From Armatimonadota bacterium (lineage in GTDB: Bacteria > Armatimonadota > SYMT01): a stretch of 30,234 nt of DNA. Numbering within the stretch: position 1 is the first letter of the stretch; every line of letters begins with the position of its first letter. The notes beneath the pieces were generated by a model. That model was given only the letters and a program-made list of their open reading frames with translations. It was not told where the DNA came from and made no database searches. The position numbers and the translations under genes were made by a program. The stretch lies in assembly GCA_046292385.1 (NCBI GenBank), contig JBKBRF010000066.1, positions 1 through 30,234 of the forward strand, read 5' to 3'. Of this stretch, positions 8,568 to 17,855 are shown piece after piece.

Positions 8568-9986
8568 TCAACCTGCGGCAAGCAGGCCCTCGACCGCCGT
8601 TTCGGCGCTGTGGATGCAGTCCGGGATGCCGACGCCGCGGTAGGCATTGCCCGCCAGCCGGAGACCCGGCAGCGCCTCTACCCGCCGCTCGATCTCTCCC
8701 ACGCGCTCCAGGTGCCCGACCCGGTACTGCGGCATCACCTGCTCCCCGCGCCAGAAGACGGTGAACTGCGGCTCCGCGGTGATGCCGAGCAGCTTGCGGA
8801 GATCGGCCCGCACCCGCGCCTCCACCTCCTCCCGCCCGCGCCCCTGCAGGGCGCCCTCTCCCAGGAAGGCGCGGAGCAGGGCGACTCCGGCCGGCGCCCG
8901 GTGGGGGTACTTCACGTTCGTAAATGTACAGCCGTGGAGCGTAAGCCCCTCCAGCTTCGGCACCACGAAGCCGAAGCCGTCGAGCGGATGTGGAACGTCT
9001 TCGCGGCGATAGCAGAGGCTCAGGGTCGCCGCCGAGGCGTACGGCACGGAGCGCAGCACCACAGCCAGCTCCGCCTCGTGCGGCGCCACCAGGTCGGCGG
9101 CGCGGTAAGCCGGCAGCGCGACCACCACCCCGTCGGCCGCGATCTCCTCTCCCTCCAGCACCACCCGCCAGCCGGAGCCGTCTCGCTCCAGCGCGCGGAC
9201 CGGCTTCTCCAGCCGGGCGGCGCCTTCGGGCAGGCGCGCGGCCAGGGCGTCGGTGAGCGTCTGCATGCCGCGCCGGAAGGAGGCGAAAAGTCCGTAGCGC
9301 GCGCCGCTGACGCCGGACTTCTCGCCGTTCCCGGCGGAGGTCCGCGCCTGTGCCTGCCGCATCCGCGCCCACATGCCTCGGATCACGCTGCCGTGCTCCC
9401 GCTCCATGTCGAGAAACCGCGGCAGGGTGGCGCGCAGGCTCAGTTCCATCGGGTCGGCGCCGTAGATCCCCGCGATCATCGGCTGCGCCATCCGGTCGAG
9501 CGCCTCCCGCCCCAGCCGGCGCAGCACGAAGCCGCCCAGGCTCTCGTCCGCGTCGTCGCGCCTCGGCGGGATCACCAGGTCGAGCGCCATCCGCGCCTTC
9601 CCGCCCCAGGAGAAGATCGGGCTGGCGGCGAGCGGCGCGAAGCGGGAGGGCGCCAGGAGCTGGAAGCCTTCCGGAACCGGGACGAGCTGGCCGCCGCGCA
9701 CCACGAAGCTGCGGCGGTGCTCGTCGTTCGTCCCAACCAGCTCCCCTTCCAGCCCGATCCGCCGCGCCAGGGCAACTCCCCACGGCTTATCGGTGATGAT
9801 CGAGTCCGGCCCCTGCTCCAGCACGAACTCACCGCGCAGCTCGGTCCCGATCACGCCTCCCAGGCGGGGACCCGCCTCCAGGAGCTGGACCTGAAGATCC
9901 AGACCGCGCTCGCGGCGCAGCTCCACCAGCCGGTGCGCCGCGGCCAGCCCCGTGACGCCGCCGCCTATCACTACGATCCGCTTCAC
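8568..9986 (-). CDS. hemY: HemY-type protoporphyrinogen/coproporphyrinogen oxidase
   Basis: FAD motif VVIGGGVTGLAAA plus RLGGVI, EQGPDS, GIYGAD, MPQYRVGH and GVGIPDCI. Confidence 0.94.
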   Translation of the reverse strand: MKRIVVIGGGVTGLAAAHRLVELRRERGLDLQVQLLEAGPRLGGVIGTELRGEFVLEQGPDSIITDKPWGVALARRIGLEGELVGTNDEHRRSFVVRGGQLVPVPEGFQLLAPSRFAPLAASPIFSWGGKARMALDLVIPPRRDDADESLGGFVLRRLGREALDRMAQPMIAGIYGADPMELSLRATLPRFLDMEREHGSVIRGMWARMRQAQARTSAGNGEKSGVSGARYGLFASFRRGMQTLTDALAARLPEGAARLEKPVRALERDGSGWRVVLEGEEIAADGVVVALPAYRAADLVAPHEAELAVVLRSVPYASAATLSLCYRREDVPHPLDGFGFVVPKLEGLTLHGCTFTNVKYPHRAPAGVALLRAFLGEGALQGRGREEVEARVRADLRKLLGITAEPQFTVFWRGEQVMPQYRVGHLERVGEIERRVEALPGLRLAGNAYRGVGIPDCIHSAETAVEGLLAAG

Positions 9987-10086
9987 ACGCCCCCCTCACT
10001 ACCGGGCACCGGGGCCCAAGAGTTGCTTTTGCCGCCCCCGGCACCCGGGATGGATGAAATCACGGTGAGAGCTACCTCTCACGCGG

Positions 10087-10186
10087 CCTCACCCCCGGCC
10101 CCTCTCCTGCGAGGAGAGGGGAGCTATGGATGTCAGGCAAGCTGACTCCCCCTTCCCTCACAGGGAAGGGGGTTTGGGGGGTTAGG
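10087..10186. repeat. REP-like double-hairpin element between hemH and hemY
   Basis: Hairpins CCCCTCTCCT-GCG-AGGAGAGGGG (10099-10121) and CCCCCTTCCCT-CAC-AGGGAAGGGGG (10148-10172), enclosed by the near-complementary arms CCTCACCCCC and GGGGGTTAGG. Confidence 0.8.
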
Positions 10187-10280
10187 CCGCGCCGGAGTGC
10201 CAACCGATCGCCCTACGCCTTCGAGGGTCACTTTCATTTTCCCCGTCCGGCGGCTCGCGGCGCAGCGACGGCGCGAAGTC

Positions 10281-11219
10281 TCAGGGCTGCTCCCCCTCCG
10301 CCGCCAGGGCGGCGATCCGCCGGGCCAGCATCTCGATGAAGGCGGGGTGGTCGCCTACCGTCCCGGCGCGGTGCATCTTGAGGCGCAGCGCTTCGGCGGT
10401 CTCTCGCGCCTCCACGTCGAGATCGAAGAGCACTTCCACGTGGTCGTGCAGAAAGCCAATCGGCTGGACCACCACCTCGCGCGTGCCTTCCGCGGCCAGC
10501 TCTCGCAGCACGTCGCTCACGTCCGGCTCCAGCCACGGTACGCGCCCGTCGCCGCTGCGGCTCTGGTACGCCAGCCGCCACTGCGGCGCGCCCAGGATCT
10601 CCGCCACCCCGCGGCAGGAGACGAGGAGGTCTTCCACGTACGGGGAGCCGTCCGCCATGCTGATCGGAATCGAATGCGCGGTGAAGACGATCGGCACGGG
10701 GGCGGGCCACTCCCCGCGTCGATAGCCGGTCGCCTCTTCGATCCGGGCCGCGTTCGCCTCCAGGAAGAGCGGGTCATCGAAGAACGGCTCCAGGTACCGC
10801 ACCCGCGGCCCACGGCCGCCGTTCGCCTCGATCGCGCGGGAGACGTCGAGCCGGTACCGCTCCAGGCTGGTGTTGCTCCGGTGCGCGGCGAGGATGACCC
10901 CCGCGGCGCTCCGGCGTCCCGCGCGGTTCATGCTGGCGATCACCTGGCGCATGAACGGATGCCAGTTCCGCATCCCGGCGTAGACCGGCAGGCGCAGCCC
11001 GTACGCGTCTCGGAGCCGCCGTTTGAGCGCGACCGCCTGCCGGAACGTCAGCTCGTTGTACGGCGAGCGGCCGCCGATCTCGTGGTAGTGATGGGCCACC
11101 TCCTCCAGGCGCTCCCGCGGCACGTTGCGCCCCTTCACCACCGTCTCGAGGAACGGCATGATGTGCTCCGGCCTGGTGGGCCCGCCGAAGCCGACAAACA
11201 GGACCGAGTCGATGCTCAT
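10281..11219 (-). CDS. hemH: Ferrochelatase (HemH/CpfC)
   Basis: Motifs GFGGP, HYHEIGGRSP, GMRNWHP, FTAHSIP, YQSRSG..PWLEPD and GFLHDHVEVLFDLD. Confidence 0.95.
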   Translation of the reverse strand: MSIDSVLFVGFGGPTRPEHIMPFLETVVKGRNVPRERLEEVAHHYHEIGGRSPYNELTFRQAVALKRRLRDAYGLRLPVYAGMRNWHPFMRQVIASMNRAGRRSAAGVILAAHRSNTSLERYRLDVSRAIEANGGRGPRVRYLEPFFDDPLFLEANAARIEEATGYRRGEWPAPVPIVFTAHSIPISMADGSPYVEDLLVSCRGVAEILGAPQWRLAYQSRSGDGRVPWLEPDVSDVLRELAAEGTREVVVQPIGFLHDHVEVLFDLDVEARETAEALRLKMHRAGTVGDHPAFIEMLARRIAALAAEGEQP

Positions 11220-11388
11220 AGCGTCAGTATACGCGCTTCCACGCGGAAGACTTCCGGTTGCTGGAGCGCATGGAGCTCCCGCAGCACGCGGCGAGCAGCC
11301 GGCCGTGCGTCAGGCGGGAGGAGTTACTGGCTGAAATGCGCAATTACTTAGTGCGACAGTCTCCATCCTGAGTCGCCGGTACTCTGCC

Positions 11389-13659
11389 ATGCGATTCCCA
11401 CGCCTTTCCCCTCTCGCTCTCGCCGCCGCGGCGGCGCTGTTTTTCCTGGCCTCCGCGGCGTGCGCCCAGCAAGCGGCGGACGCGCGCGTCCTGATCCTGG
11501 GGGTGCTCTACGTCGAGGACGAGCCGATCGGCGGCAGCGCCGACTGGATCGTCTGCCGGGCGGCTCCGGGCGAAGGAAAGGTCTACATGGTCAGCGACAC
11601 CGTGGCCGGACCGGATGGAGAGGATCTCCTGAAGGCGCTCGCGAAGTCGGTCATCGCGCTCCGGACCGAGGCGCGGCTGCCCGGCGGCGCCCGCGCGGAC
11701 TATACGAGGTTCGATCTCTTCTACGAGGTCGCGGACGACGATACGCCAATGGGCGGCGGCTCGCTCGGCCTGGCGGCCGGAATCACCGCCTTCTCCGCGA
11801 TGACGAAGAAGCCGCTGCGTCCGAACGTTGCGGTCACCGGCGCGATCGGGATCGACGGCGGCTCCGGGCAGATCGGCGGGATGGAGTACAAGATCGAGGC
11901 GGCGCTGGAGAAGGGCGCGGAGATCATCATCATCCCCGCGAGCCAGGCAGACGTCGCCATGCGGCTGCCGCTCGACCTCCGCCTGAGCGCGCCGATCTTC
12001 CCGGTGCGGAACCTGAACGAGGCGCTGGCCACCGCGCTGGTGCCCCGGGATCCGGAGAGCCGGGCGTTCGACGCCTACCTGACCCGGCAGAAGGCCGCGA
12101 TCCGGCAGTTCGTGGAGGTCTACGACGAGTTCGAAGAGAAGCACGGCCGATTGCCGTACCTCGACGCCTGCCCACCTGAGATCGAACGGGAGCTGCAGCT
12201 CTACATCGAAAAGAACCCGAACGCCGCGGGAAGGGTCTTCACCGACATCGACGACCTGATCCGCCAGTTCCCGCTCAACATCGCCCTGCGGAGCATCTCG
12301 GAGGTGAGCCGCCGGCTGCGGGCGGTCTACGCGGCGGACGATGAGGTGGAGCGCGGGAAGACGCTCTCCGCCGCCGGCAAGCACCTGGAGGCGTACGCGG
12401 CGTACGAGCAGGCGCGACGGCTGCACCCGGAGCACCAGTTCGTCATGAAGCTGCGGGACCAGGCCGCCGAGGCTCATTTTTCCGAGACGCTGAAGTCGTC
12501 GATCGAAGACGCCGACGAGAAGCACCGGCGGCGCGAGTTCGCCGCGGCCGCGGAGGCCTACCAGTCGCTGGCGAAGATCACCCAGGGCTATCACACCCGC
12601 TTCCCCGTGATGCAATCGCTGATGGAAGCCCGGCTGCGCGCCGAAGCTGACCCGCAGAATCCGGAGCTCCGCCGGCACGCCGGGAGCCTGGCCCAGGAGA
12701 ATGGGGTTCATGAAGCCGCGATCGAGGAGTACACCGCGCTGCTGCGCCTGGAGACCTCTGCCGAGAATGCCGGCCTGCTGTTCCGCACGCTGCTGGCTGC
12801 CGAAGCCGCGCCGGAACGCTCCGACCCCGCGGTGAGCCTGCGGCGCGTGAAGGACCGCGCCGAGGAGCTGGCGGCTTCGCTGCCCTCCGGCGCGGCGGCT
12901 CGGATTCGCCACGGCCTGGCCGACGTCTTCCTGGAGAAGGGCGATCATACCCAGGCGAGCGAGCTGCTGCAGGAGGTCTTCGCGTCTGCGCCTTCCGCGG
13001 CGGTCGCCACGAGCCTGCTAACCAGCTATCTGGCCATCAGCCGCGCCCTGCCGGCGGAGCAGCGGGAAGCATCTCTGGCGAAAGCCTCTGACGTGGTGGA
13101 CGCGATCGTGGCCCACAACTGGACGTCGCCGGAGCTCCACCGGATCCGGGAGGCGCTCGATCTGCTGCGGGGAAAGGACACCACCCCTCCGCTCATCGAG
13201 GTGAAGCTGCCGTCCGACTCCCGGACGGGACAACTCACGGTCCGCGGGGTCACCAGCCTCCGGGTCTCACTGCGGGACGGCGCCGGTACCCGCAGCATCC
13301 GGGTGCGGTTGGGCACCACGCAGGTGGTGGAACTGAATGACCCGAACCCGGAGTCCGCGATCCTGTGGGACAGCTCGCGCCACCTGAACGGCGTCTACCC
13401 GCTCACCCTCATCGCCGTCGACGCGCACGGAAACGAGAGCCGCGTGGAGCTCACGTGTGAGGTCGCCAACTCTATCAAGACGACCGTCTACGGCAGCCTC
13501 GACACCAAGAAGTACCACCTCGCGCACTGCCGGTTCGTCCCCAGCAGCGGAGCCGGCGGCCGGCGGGAGGTGCTGGTCTCCCCCCTGCAGGCACAAACCC
13601 ACGGCTTCAAGCCGTGCATCTACTGCATCCCGAAAGGAAAGAACCCGTTCGGCGGCTAA
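11389..13659 (+). CDS. Exported multidomain protein: Lon/S16 protease domain, helical/TPR region, Ig-like domain and C-terminal Ada-type Zn motif
   Basis: Signal peptide, MGGGSLG (S125), AVTGAIGIDG, IGGMEYKIEAA (K168), DTTPP..WDS..NGVYPLTLIAVDAHGN (bacterial Ig-like) and KKYHLAHC..GFKPCIYC. Confidence 0.8.
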   Translation: MRFPRLSPLALAAAAALFFLASAACAQQAADARVLILGVLYVEDEPIGGSADWIVCRAAPGEGKVYMVSDTVAGPDGEDLLKALAKSVIALRTEARLPGGARADYTRFDLFYEVADDDTPMGGGSLGLAAGITAFSAMTKKPLRPNVAVTGAIGIDGGSGQIGGMEYKIEAALEKGAEIIIIPASQADVAMRLPLDLRLSAPIFPVRNLNEALATALVPRDPESRAFDAYLTRQKAAIRQFVEVYDEFEEKHGRLPYLDACPPEIERELQLYIEKNPNAAGRVFTDIDDLIRQFPLNIALRSISEVSRRLRAVYAADDEVERGKTLSAAGKHLEAYAAYEQARRLHPEHQFVMKLRDQAAEAHFSETLKSSIEDADEKHRRREFAAAAEAYQSLAKITQGYHTRFPVMQSLMEARLRAEADPQNPELRRHAGSLAQENGVHEAAIEEYTALLRLETSAENAGLLFRTLLAAEAAPERSDPAVSLRRVKDRAEELAASLPSGAAARIRHGLADVFLEKGDHTQASELLQEVFASAPSAAVATSLLTSYLAISRALPAEQREASLAKASDVVDAIVAHNWTSPELHRIREALDLLRGKDTTPPLIEVKLPSDSRTGQLTVRGVTSLRVSLRDGAGTRSIRVRLGTTQVVELNDPNPESAILWDSSRHLNGVYPLTLIAVDAHGNESRVELTCEVANSIKTTVYGSLDTKKYHLAHCRFVPSSGAGGRREVLVSPLQAQTHGFKPCIYCIPKGKNPFGG

Positions 13660-13662
13660 GCG

Positions 13663-13692
13663 AGGGATGAGTGATGAAGGATGAGGGATGAG
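13663..13692. repeat. Degenerate heptamer tandem repeat (GGATGAG-like, about 4 units)
   Basis: AGGGATGAGTGATGAAGGATGAGGGATGAG directly after the protease stop codon. Confidence 0.7.
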
Positions 13693-13751
13693 TCCTTCTG
13701 GAAAATGAGAAGAGGCCTCTCGCACGGCAGCGACCCAACGGAGGCTCTAAG

Positions 13752-14030
13752 ATGAGTGGAATAGTCAGAATGGACGTATTAGACTTCTTCCGATTGGATG
13801 GCGGGCGAATTGTAATCGCGGGTCGGGTAAGCGATCCGCGAGAGGATATCGGCGCATGCTCTGGCACGCTCTTAGAACGAGGCGAGGTGGTAGCGACCGT
13901 CTCTATCGAGGGCGAAATGATGCCTAGACACCCCCGGGACCCATTGCTACGTGCGGTGTCGACCACTTCCACACTTGACGTGGAAGGTCTTAGATCCTGC
14001 AACGATCTTGTGCTCGTTTGCGGCAAATAG
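13752..14030 (+). CDS. Hypothetical 92-aa protein with atypical, lower-GC codon usage
   Basis: RBS GGAGG lies upstream. Many A/T-ending codons (ATA, GTA, TTA, AGA) that are rare in neighbouring genes. The sequence is beta-strand rich. Confidence 0.6.
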   Translation: MSGIVRMDVLDFFRLDGGRIVIAGRVSDPREDIGACSGTLLERGEVVATVSIEGEMMPRHPRDPLLRAVSTTSTLDVEGLRSCNDLVLVCGK

Positions 14031-14047
14031 GAGACTTGAGTTCCACC

Positions 14048-15316
14048 CTACTCCCCCTCTCTCCGCCCGGTCACCTTTTCGATGAGGGGCTTCGCGCGCT
14101 CCAGCAGGTGCGGCTTGAGCGGCTCCAGGCGAGGTTGGGTGCGCAGGTACTCCTCCAGCGCCTCCAGCGGGGTGAGCTGCGTGGTGAGGCCGCCGTGGCG
14201 GGCGCGGTGCTCCGGGCGGATCACCTCGCGCCGGATCCCGGCCACGTAAGCGGCGCCGTCGAGCGCCTGGCGAACCTCCCGCTCCGGCAGGTTCGGATGG
14301 CCCGGCGCCAGGGTGTAGATGACGCGCACCACCGCCCCCTGGAGCTGGGCCTGCTTCTCCTCGATGGCGGCGCGGACGCTGCCGAGCGGGTCGGCTTCGT
14401 CCGCTTCCACGCGGATCGTCACGAACGGCCGCGGGTTCAGGGGGACCGTCTTCCAGGTAGCCTTCCCGCGGGCAAGCTCCGCCAGCACCGCCACCTTGTC
14501 CTCATGCTCCTCGCCGAAGTCGACCCGCTCGATGCTGCCGGGGTAGATCACCGGCGGCTGCCCGTCGAAGTCGTTCTTGGGAATCGTCTGGAACTGGTGG
14601 ATGTGCGCCAGCGCGACGTAGTCGAAGACCGGATTCCGCACCGCTCCGAGCGGAAGGTCGAGCTCCGGCGCGAGCTGGGCGCCGCGCCCGTAGCCGCCGA
14701 ACTCCGCCCCGGCGATCGTGTAGTGCGCCATCAGCACCGCGGGCGTGGCCGCGCCGCGCCGCACCCGCTCCGCCTCCACGTCTTCCGCCAGCACCCCGAT
14801 CTGCTCGATTAGCTTCTCTCGCATCATGCCGACCACTTCCGGGATCGTCTTCCCCTTCGCGTCGTCGGTGGCGACCAGCCGGCTGCGCGGCATGAACGGA
14901 AGGCCGGCGACCAATACCTCGCCGCGCGCGGTCGGGATCGGCACCACCTCCGGCCGGCGCATCACGTAGACGCCTTCCAGCTCCAGCACGTGGAAGATGT
15001 CGATGCTGCTGGCGCGCGCGAACGCGTTCGGGATGTCGTGGTTGCCGGGGATGATCGCGACCGGCACCCTCCGCGCGACCTTGCGGATGCGAGAGGCGAA
15101 CTCGCGCTGGATCGTCGGGTTCGGATCGCAGTTCTTGTAGATGTCGCCCGGGAAGAGGATGAGGTCCGCCTCCTCCGCCAGCGCCAGCGCGCGGTCGAGC
15201 GCGCCGAGGAAGTCCGCCGTCCGGGTGCCGTAGCCCTTCTCCGGGAGCGGCCGGCCGTACAGCTCCACGCCGAGGTGGACGTCGCCGATATGGAGCACGC
15301 GGATCGGTTCAGCCAT
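14048..15316 (-). CDS. sbcD: Mre11/SbcD-family metallophosphoesterase nuclease
   Basis: LHIGDVHLG, PGDIY, PGNHD, MAHY, YVALAHIH and YPGSIERVDFGE phosphoesterase motifs. Confidence 0.93.
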   Translation of the reverse strand: MAEPIRVLHIGDVHLGVELYGRPLPEKGYGTRTADFLGALDRALALAEEADLILFPGDIYKNCDPNPTIQREFASRIRKVARRVPVAIIPGNHDIPNAFARASSIDIFHVLELEGVYVMRRPEVVPIPTARGEVLVAGLPFMPRSRLVATDDAKGKTIPEVVGMMREKLIEQIGVLAEDVEAERVRRGAATPAVLMAHYTIAGAEFGGYGRGAQLAPELDLPLGAVRNPVFDYVALAHIHQFQTIPKNDFDGQPPVIYPGSIERVDFGEEHEDKVAVLAELARGKATWKTVPLNPRPFVTIRVEADEADPLGSVRAAIEEKQAQLQGAVVRVIYTLAPGHPNLPEREVRQALDGAAYVAGIRREVIRPEHRARHGGLTTQLTPLEALEEYLRTQPRLEPLKPHLLERAKPLIEKVTGRREGE

Positions 15317-15319
15317 ACA

Positions 15320-16939
15320 TCAGTCCCACAGCTCCCGGTCCCGCCGGGCGCGCGCGCTCCGCTCCTCCGCGTCGAGCACGCCCAGGCTCTTCCAGAAGCT
15401 CTCGTCGTAGCTCCGCGTCTTCACCACCACCGGCATCGGCACCGCGTGCCCGAAGATGAGTGACTGCTGCCGCGTGTCGAGGCTCGCCAGCACGCTGCGC
15501 AGCCCGCCCGCGCTGCTGGTGCCGGCGAGGACGGCGTCCACGTCGGCGCTGTCGTCCAGCAGGCAGCAGATCTTGGTCCCGAGCTGCGACAGCACCTCCC
15601 GCTCGATCTGCGACGGGCGCTGGTCGACCACCAGCAGCGTGACCGAGTACTTCCGCAGCTCTCGCGCGATGCGACCGAAGATCGTCTGGTCGGCGATCCC
15701 CGGCTCCAGGAACTTATGCGCCTCTTCGATGGTGATCACCAGCCGCCGCGGGCGCGGGTGCTTGTCCGGCGCGGAGAGCCAGAGCTCCGTCTTCTCCCGC
15801 CACCGCTCGTCGATCCGGCGGGTCAGGATGTTCGCCACCAGGATGTAGTGGAGCAGGCTGCTGTAGCGGCCGAAGTCGATCACCGTGTGGATGCCGCGCT
15901 CCAGGTTGTTCAGGATCAGCGGCACGGCGTCTTCCAGCACCTCCGCATCCGGCTTCAGGAAGCCCTGGCACTCCCGCTGCATCCGGCTCAGCTTGCGCCG
16001 CAACGCCTGCATGGCGCCCTCGTGGGCCTGCTCCTCGCCCGCCACCTCTCCCGCGTCCATCTCCAGCGTCTTCTCGAACCAGTGCTTGCCGAAGCGGCGC
16101 TGCAGCAGGTAGGTGTTCTCCGCCGCCGTGGAGGTAAGGCCGAGGATCTTCTGGAGGCCGAGCAGGTCCTCCGGCTCCAGGAAGCTGTAGGGGATGCGGA
16201 CCTCCCGGTCGGCGCGGACCGATGGCCGCGGGTCGAGCGTGAAGACCTGCACCCGGTCCGGGAAGAGCTGCTTGAGCCCCTTCGTGGTGCCGCCCGGACG
16301 CCCTTCATCCGTGCCCTGCCAGCCGTACTCCCCGTGCATGTCGAAGATCAGGTTCACCGCGTCGGAGCGGCTCGCCAGGCCGCAGAGGACCAGCCGCGTG
16401 AGGAACGTCTTCCCGGTGCCGGACTTCCCGAAGATCCCGTTGCTCCGCTCCGCGAACGCTGCCAGGTTGAGACAGACCGGGATCTCTTCCATCTCCAGCG
16501 GCGCGCCGATGTGGAAGTGGTGCGGGGAGCCCTGCTCGCTCCCGAAGACGCGGTTCACGTCGTCCGGGGAAGCGCGGCGTACTTCCGTAAAGTGGCCGGG
16601 AATCGTTTTAACCGGCAGCAGCGCCTTCGTATCGTCCGGCTCCGCGCGGTCGACCATCAGGTGCGGCCGCAGCACGGCGCGCGCGTAGATGCTCTCCCCC
16701 ACCAGCACCTGCCGCAGCAGCGAGTCTCGCTCCGGGGTCGGCGCGTCGAGTGCCTCCGGCGTGGTCGCGGTGAGCTCCATGTCGGTGATGAGCGACACGA
16801 AGTCGAACTGCTCCCCGCCCGCCACGGCGAACATGCCGGCGCGGAGCTTCTCCAGGGAGACGTCCGGGTCGAGCTTCAGCTCCAGCCCCTTGGAGAGCGA
16901 GCCGCGCACCACCACCCCGAGGTAGTTCGGATCGATCAT
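15320..16939 (-). CDS. herA: HerA-family helicase/ATPase with N-terminal HAS barrel
   Basis: Walker A GKSGTGKT, IFDMHGEY, Walker B ITIEEAHKF, RELRKY (arginine finger) and VDQRPS. Confidence 0.92.
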   Translation of the reverse strand: MIDPNYLGVVVRGSLSKGLELKLDPDVSLEKLRAGMFAVAGGEQFDFVSLITDMELTATTPEALDAPTPERDSLLRQVLVGESIYARAVLRPHLMVDRAEPDDTKALLPVKTIPGHFTEVRRASPDDVNRVFGSEQGSPHHFHIGAPLEMEEIPVCLNLAAFAERSNGIFGKSGTGKTFLTRLVLCGLASRSDAVNLIFDMHGEYGWQGTDEGRPGGTTKGLKQLFPDRVQVFTLDPRPSVRADREVRIPYSFLEPEDLLGLQKILGLTSTAAENTYLLQRRFGKHWFEKTLEMDAGEVAGEEQAHEGAMQALRRKLSRMQRECQGFLKPDAEVLEDAVPLILNNLERGIHTVIDFGRYSSLLHYILVANILTRRIDERWREKTELWLSAPDKHPRPRRLVITIEEAHKFLEPGIADQTIFGRIARELRKYSVTLLVVDQRPSQIEREVLSQLGTKICCLLDDSADVDAVLAGTSSAGGLRSVLASLDTRQQSLIFGHAVPMPVVVKTRSYDESFWKSLGVLDAEERSARARRDRELWD

Positions 16940-17667
16940 GCGTCCTCAAACGGGTCGAGGCTGCGCCGGACCGGGCTCCCGGCGAGCGGTAGGGGCGCTT
17001 CCCAGCCGGGTCCGTTCCCGGCCGGAGGAGCGGCGGAGGGCCGCGCCGGCACGGCCGCGGGGCGGAGCGGGGGGAGCGTCGACGGCGGCGAGACGCGCCG
17101 CAGCACGCCTTCCAGCGTCACGTAGTCGCGAGCCAGGAGCCGCGCCAGGTACTTGCCCCAGGTCACCAGCCGTCCCCCCGCCTCGGGACCCGAGGCATCC
17201 CGGGCGGCGCCGAGCGCGCTGACCAGCAGGTCCTCCAGCGGCACCTCGGTCACCTGCGTCAGCGACCGCAGGAACGACGGGCTCTCCGTCACGGCGCGCA
17301 CGTCCGCCTCCTCCGCCGGGTAGGCGTAGGAGTGGAGCCTCGGCGGCCGCGGTGGGGTCCCGGCCAGCAGCACGTCGCCGGAGCGGTAGCCGACCATCTG
17401 CGCGTGGAACACGGTGCGGAAGAGGGTCGGCAGGTGCGGCTTCTTCTGCTCCAATTCCCCGGGCGGCAGACCGTGCGCCTGCACCAGCCGATTGGAGTCG
17501 AACGGGGCGGTCGAGACCTGCGTCACCACCGCGAAGACGGTGATCTCGCCACCGCTGCAGTCGATCCGCGCGAAGCTCCCGAACGGCGGCGCGCAGTAGA
17601 GCTTGTGGCACTGAATCTCCAGGAGCTGGGATTCGGATCGGATTACTTCGCCAAGCGCGTCGGGCAT
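16936..17667 (-). CDS. Stand-alone HAS-barrel domain protein
   Basis: LGEVI..QC...APPFGSF..VFAVV and GTPPRPPRLHS match the HAS-barrel pattern. It overlaps herA by ATGA and has a Pro-rich tail. Confidence 0.8.
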   Translation of the reverse strand: MPDALGEVIRSESQLLEIQCHKLYCAPPFGSFARIDCSGGEITVFAVVTQVSTAPFDSNRLVQAHGLPPGELEQKKPHLPTLFRTVFHAQMVGYRSGDVLLAGTPPRPPRLHSYAYPAEEADVRAVTESPSFLRSLTQVTEVPLEDLLVSALGAARDASGPEAGGRLVTWGKYLARLLARDYVTLEGVLRRVSPPSTLPPLRPAAVPARPSAAPPAGNGPGWEAPLPLAGSPVRRSLDPFEDA

Positions 17668-17719
17668 GCTCTACCTCTAGTGGTGTGTCCGGCTACGTCT
17701 GATGCGTGGGGACCGGAAC

Positions 17720-17808
17720 CAGGTTAACAGGTTGCAGGTTTGCAAGTTGCAGGTTCCGAACCCGGCTGCCGAGGTGGCCAACTTGCAACCTGCCAACTTG
17801 CCCACCTG
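17720..17808. repeat. Inverted tandem heptamer-repeat element within the nurA cluster
   Basis: The left arm has CAGGTTG/CAAGTTG-type units. The right arm has the complementary CAACTTG/CAACCTG-type units. Confidence 0.8.
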
Positions 17809-17855
17809 AAGCTCGCCCGCGCTCCCGGGCGACAGTCACCCATCGATCTCGCCCA

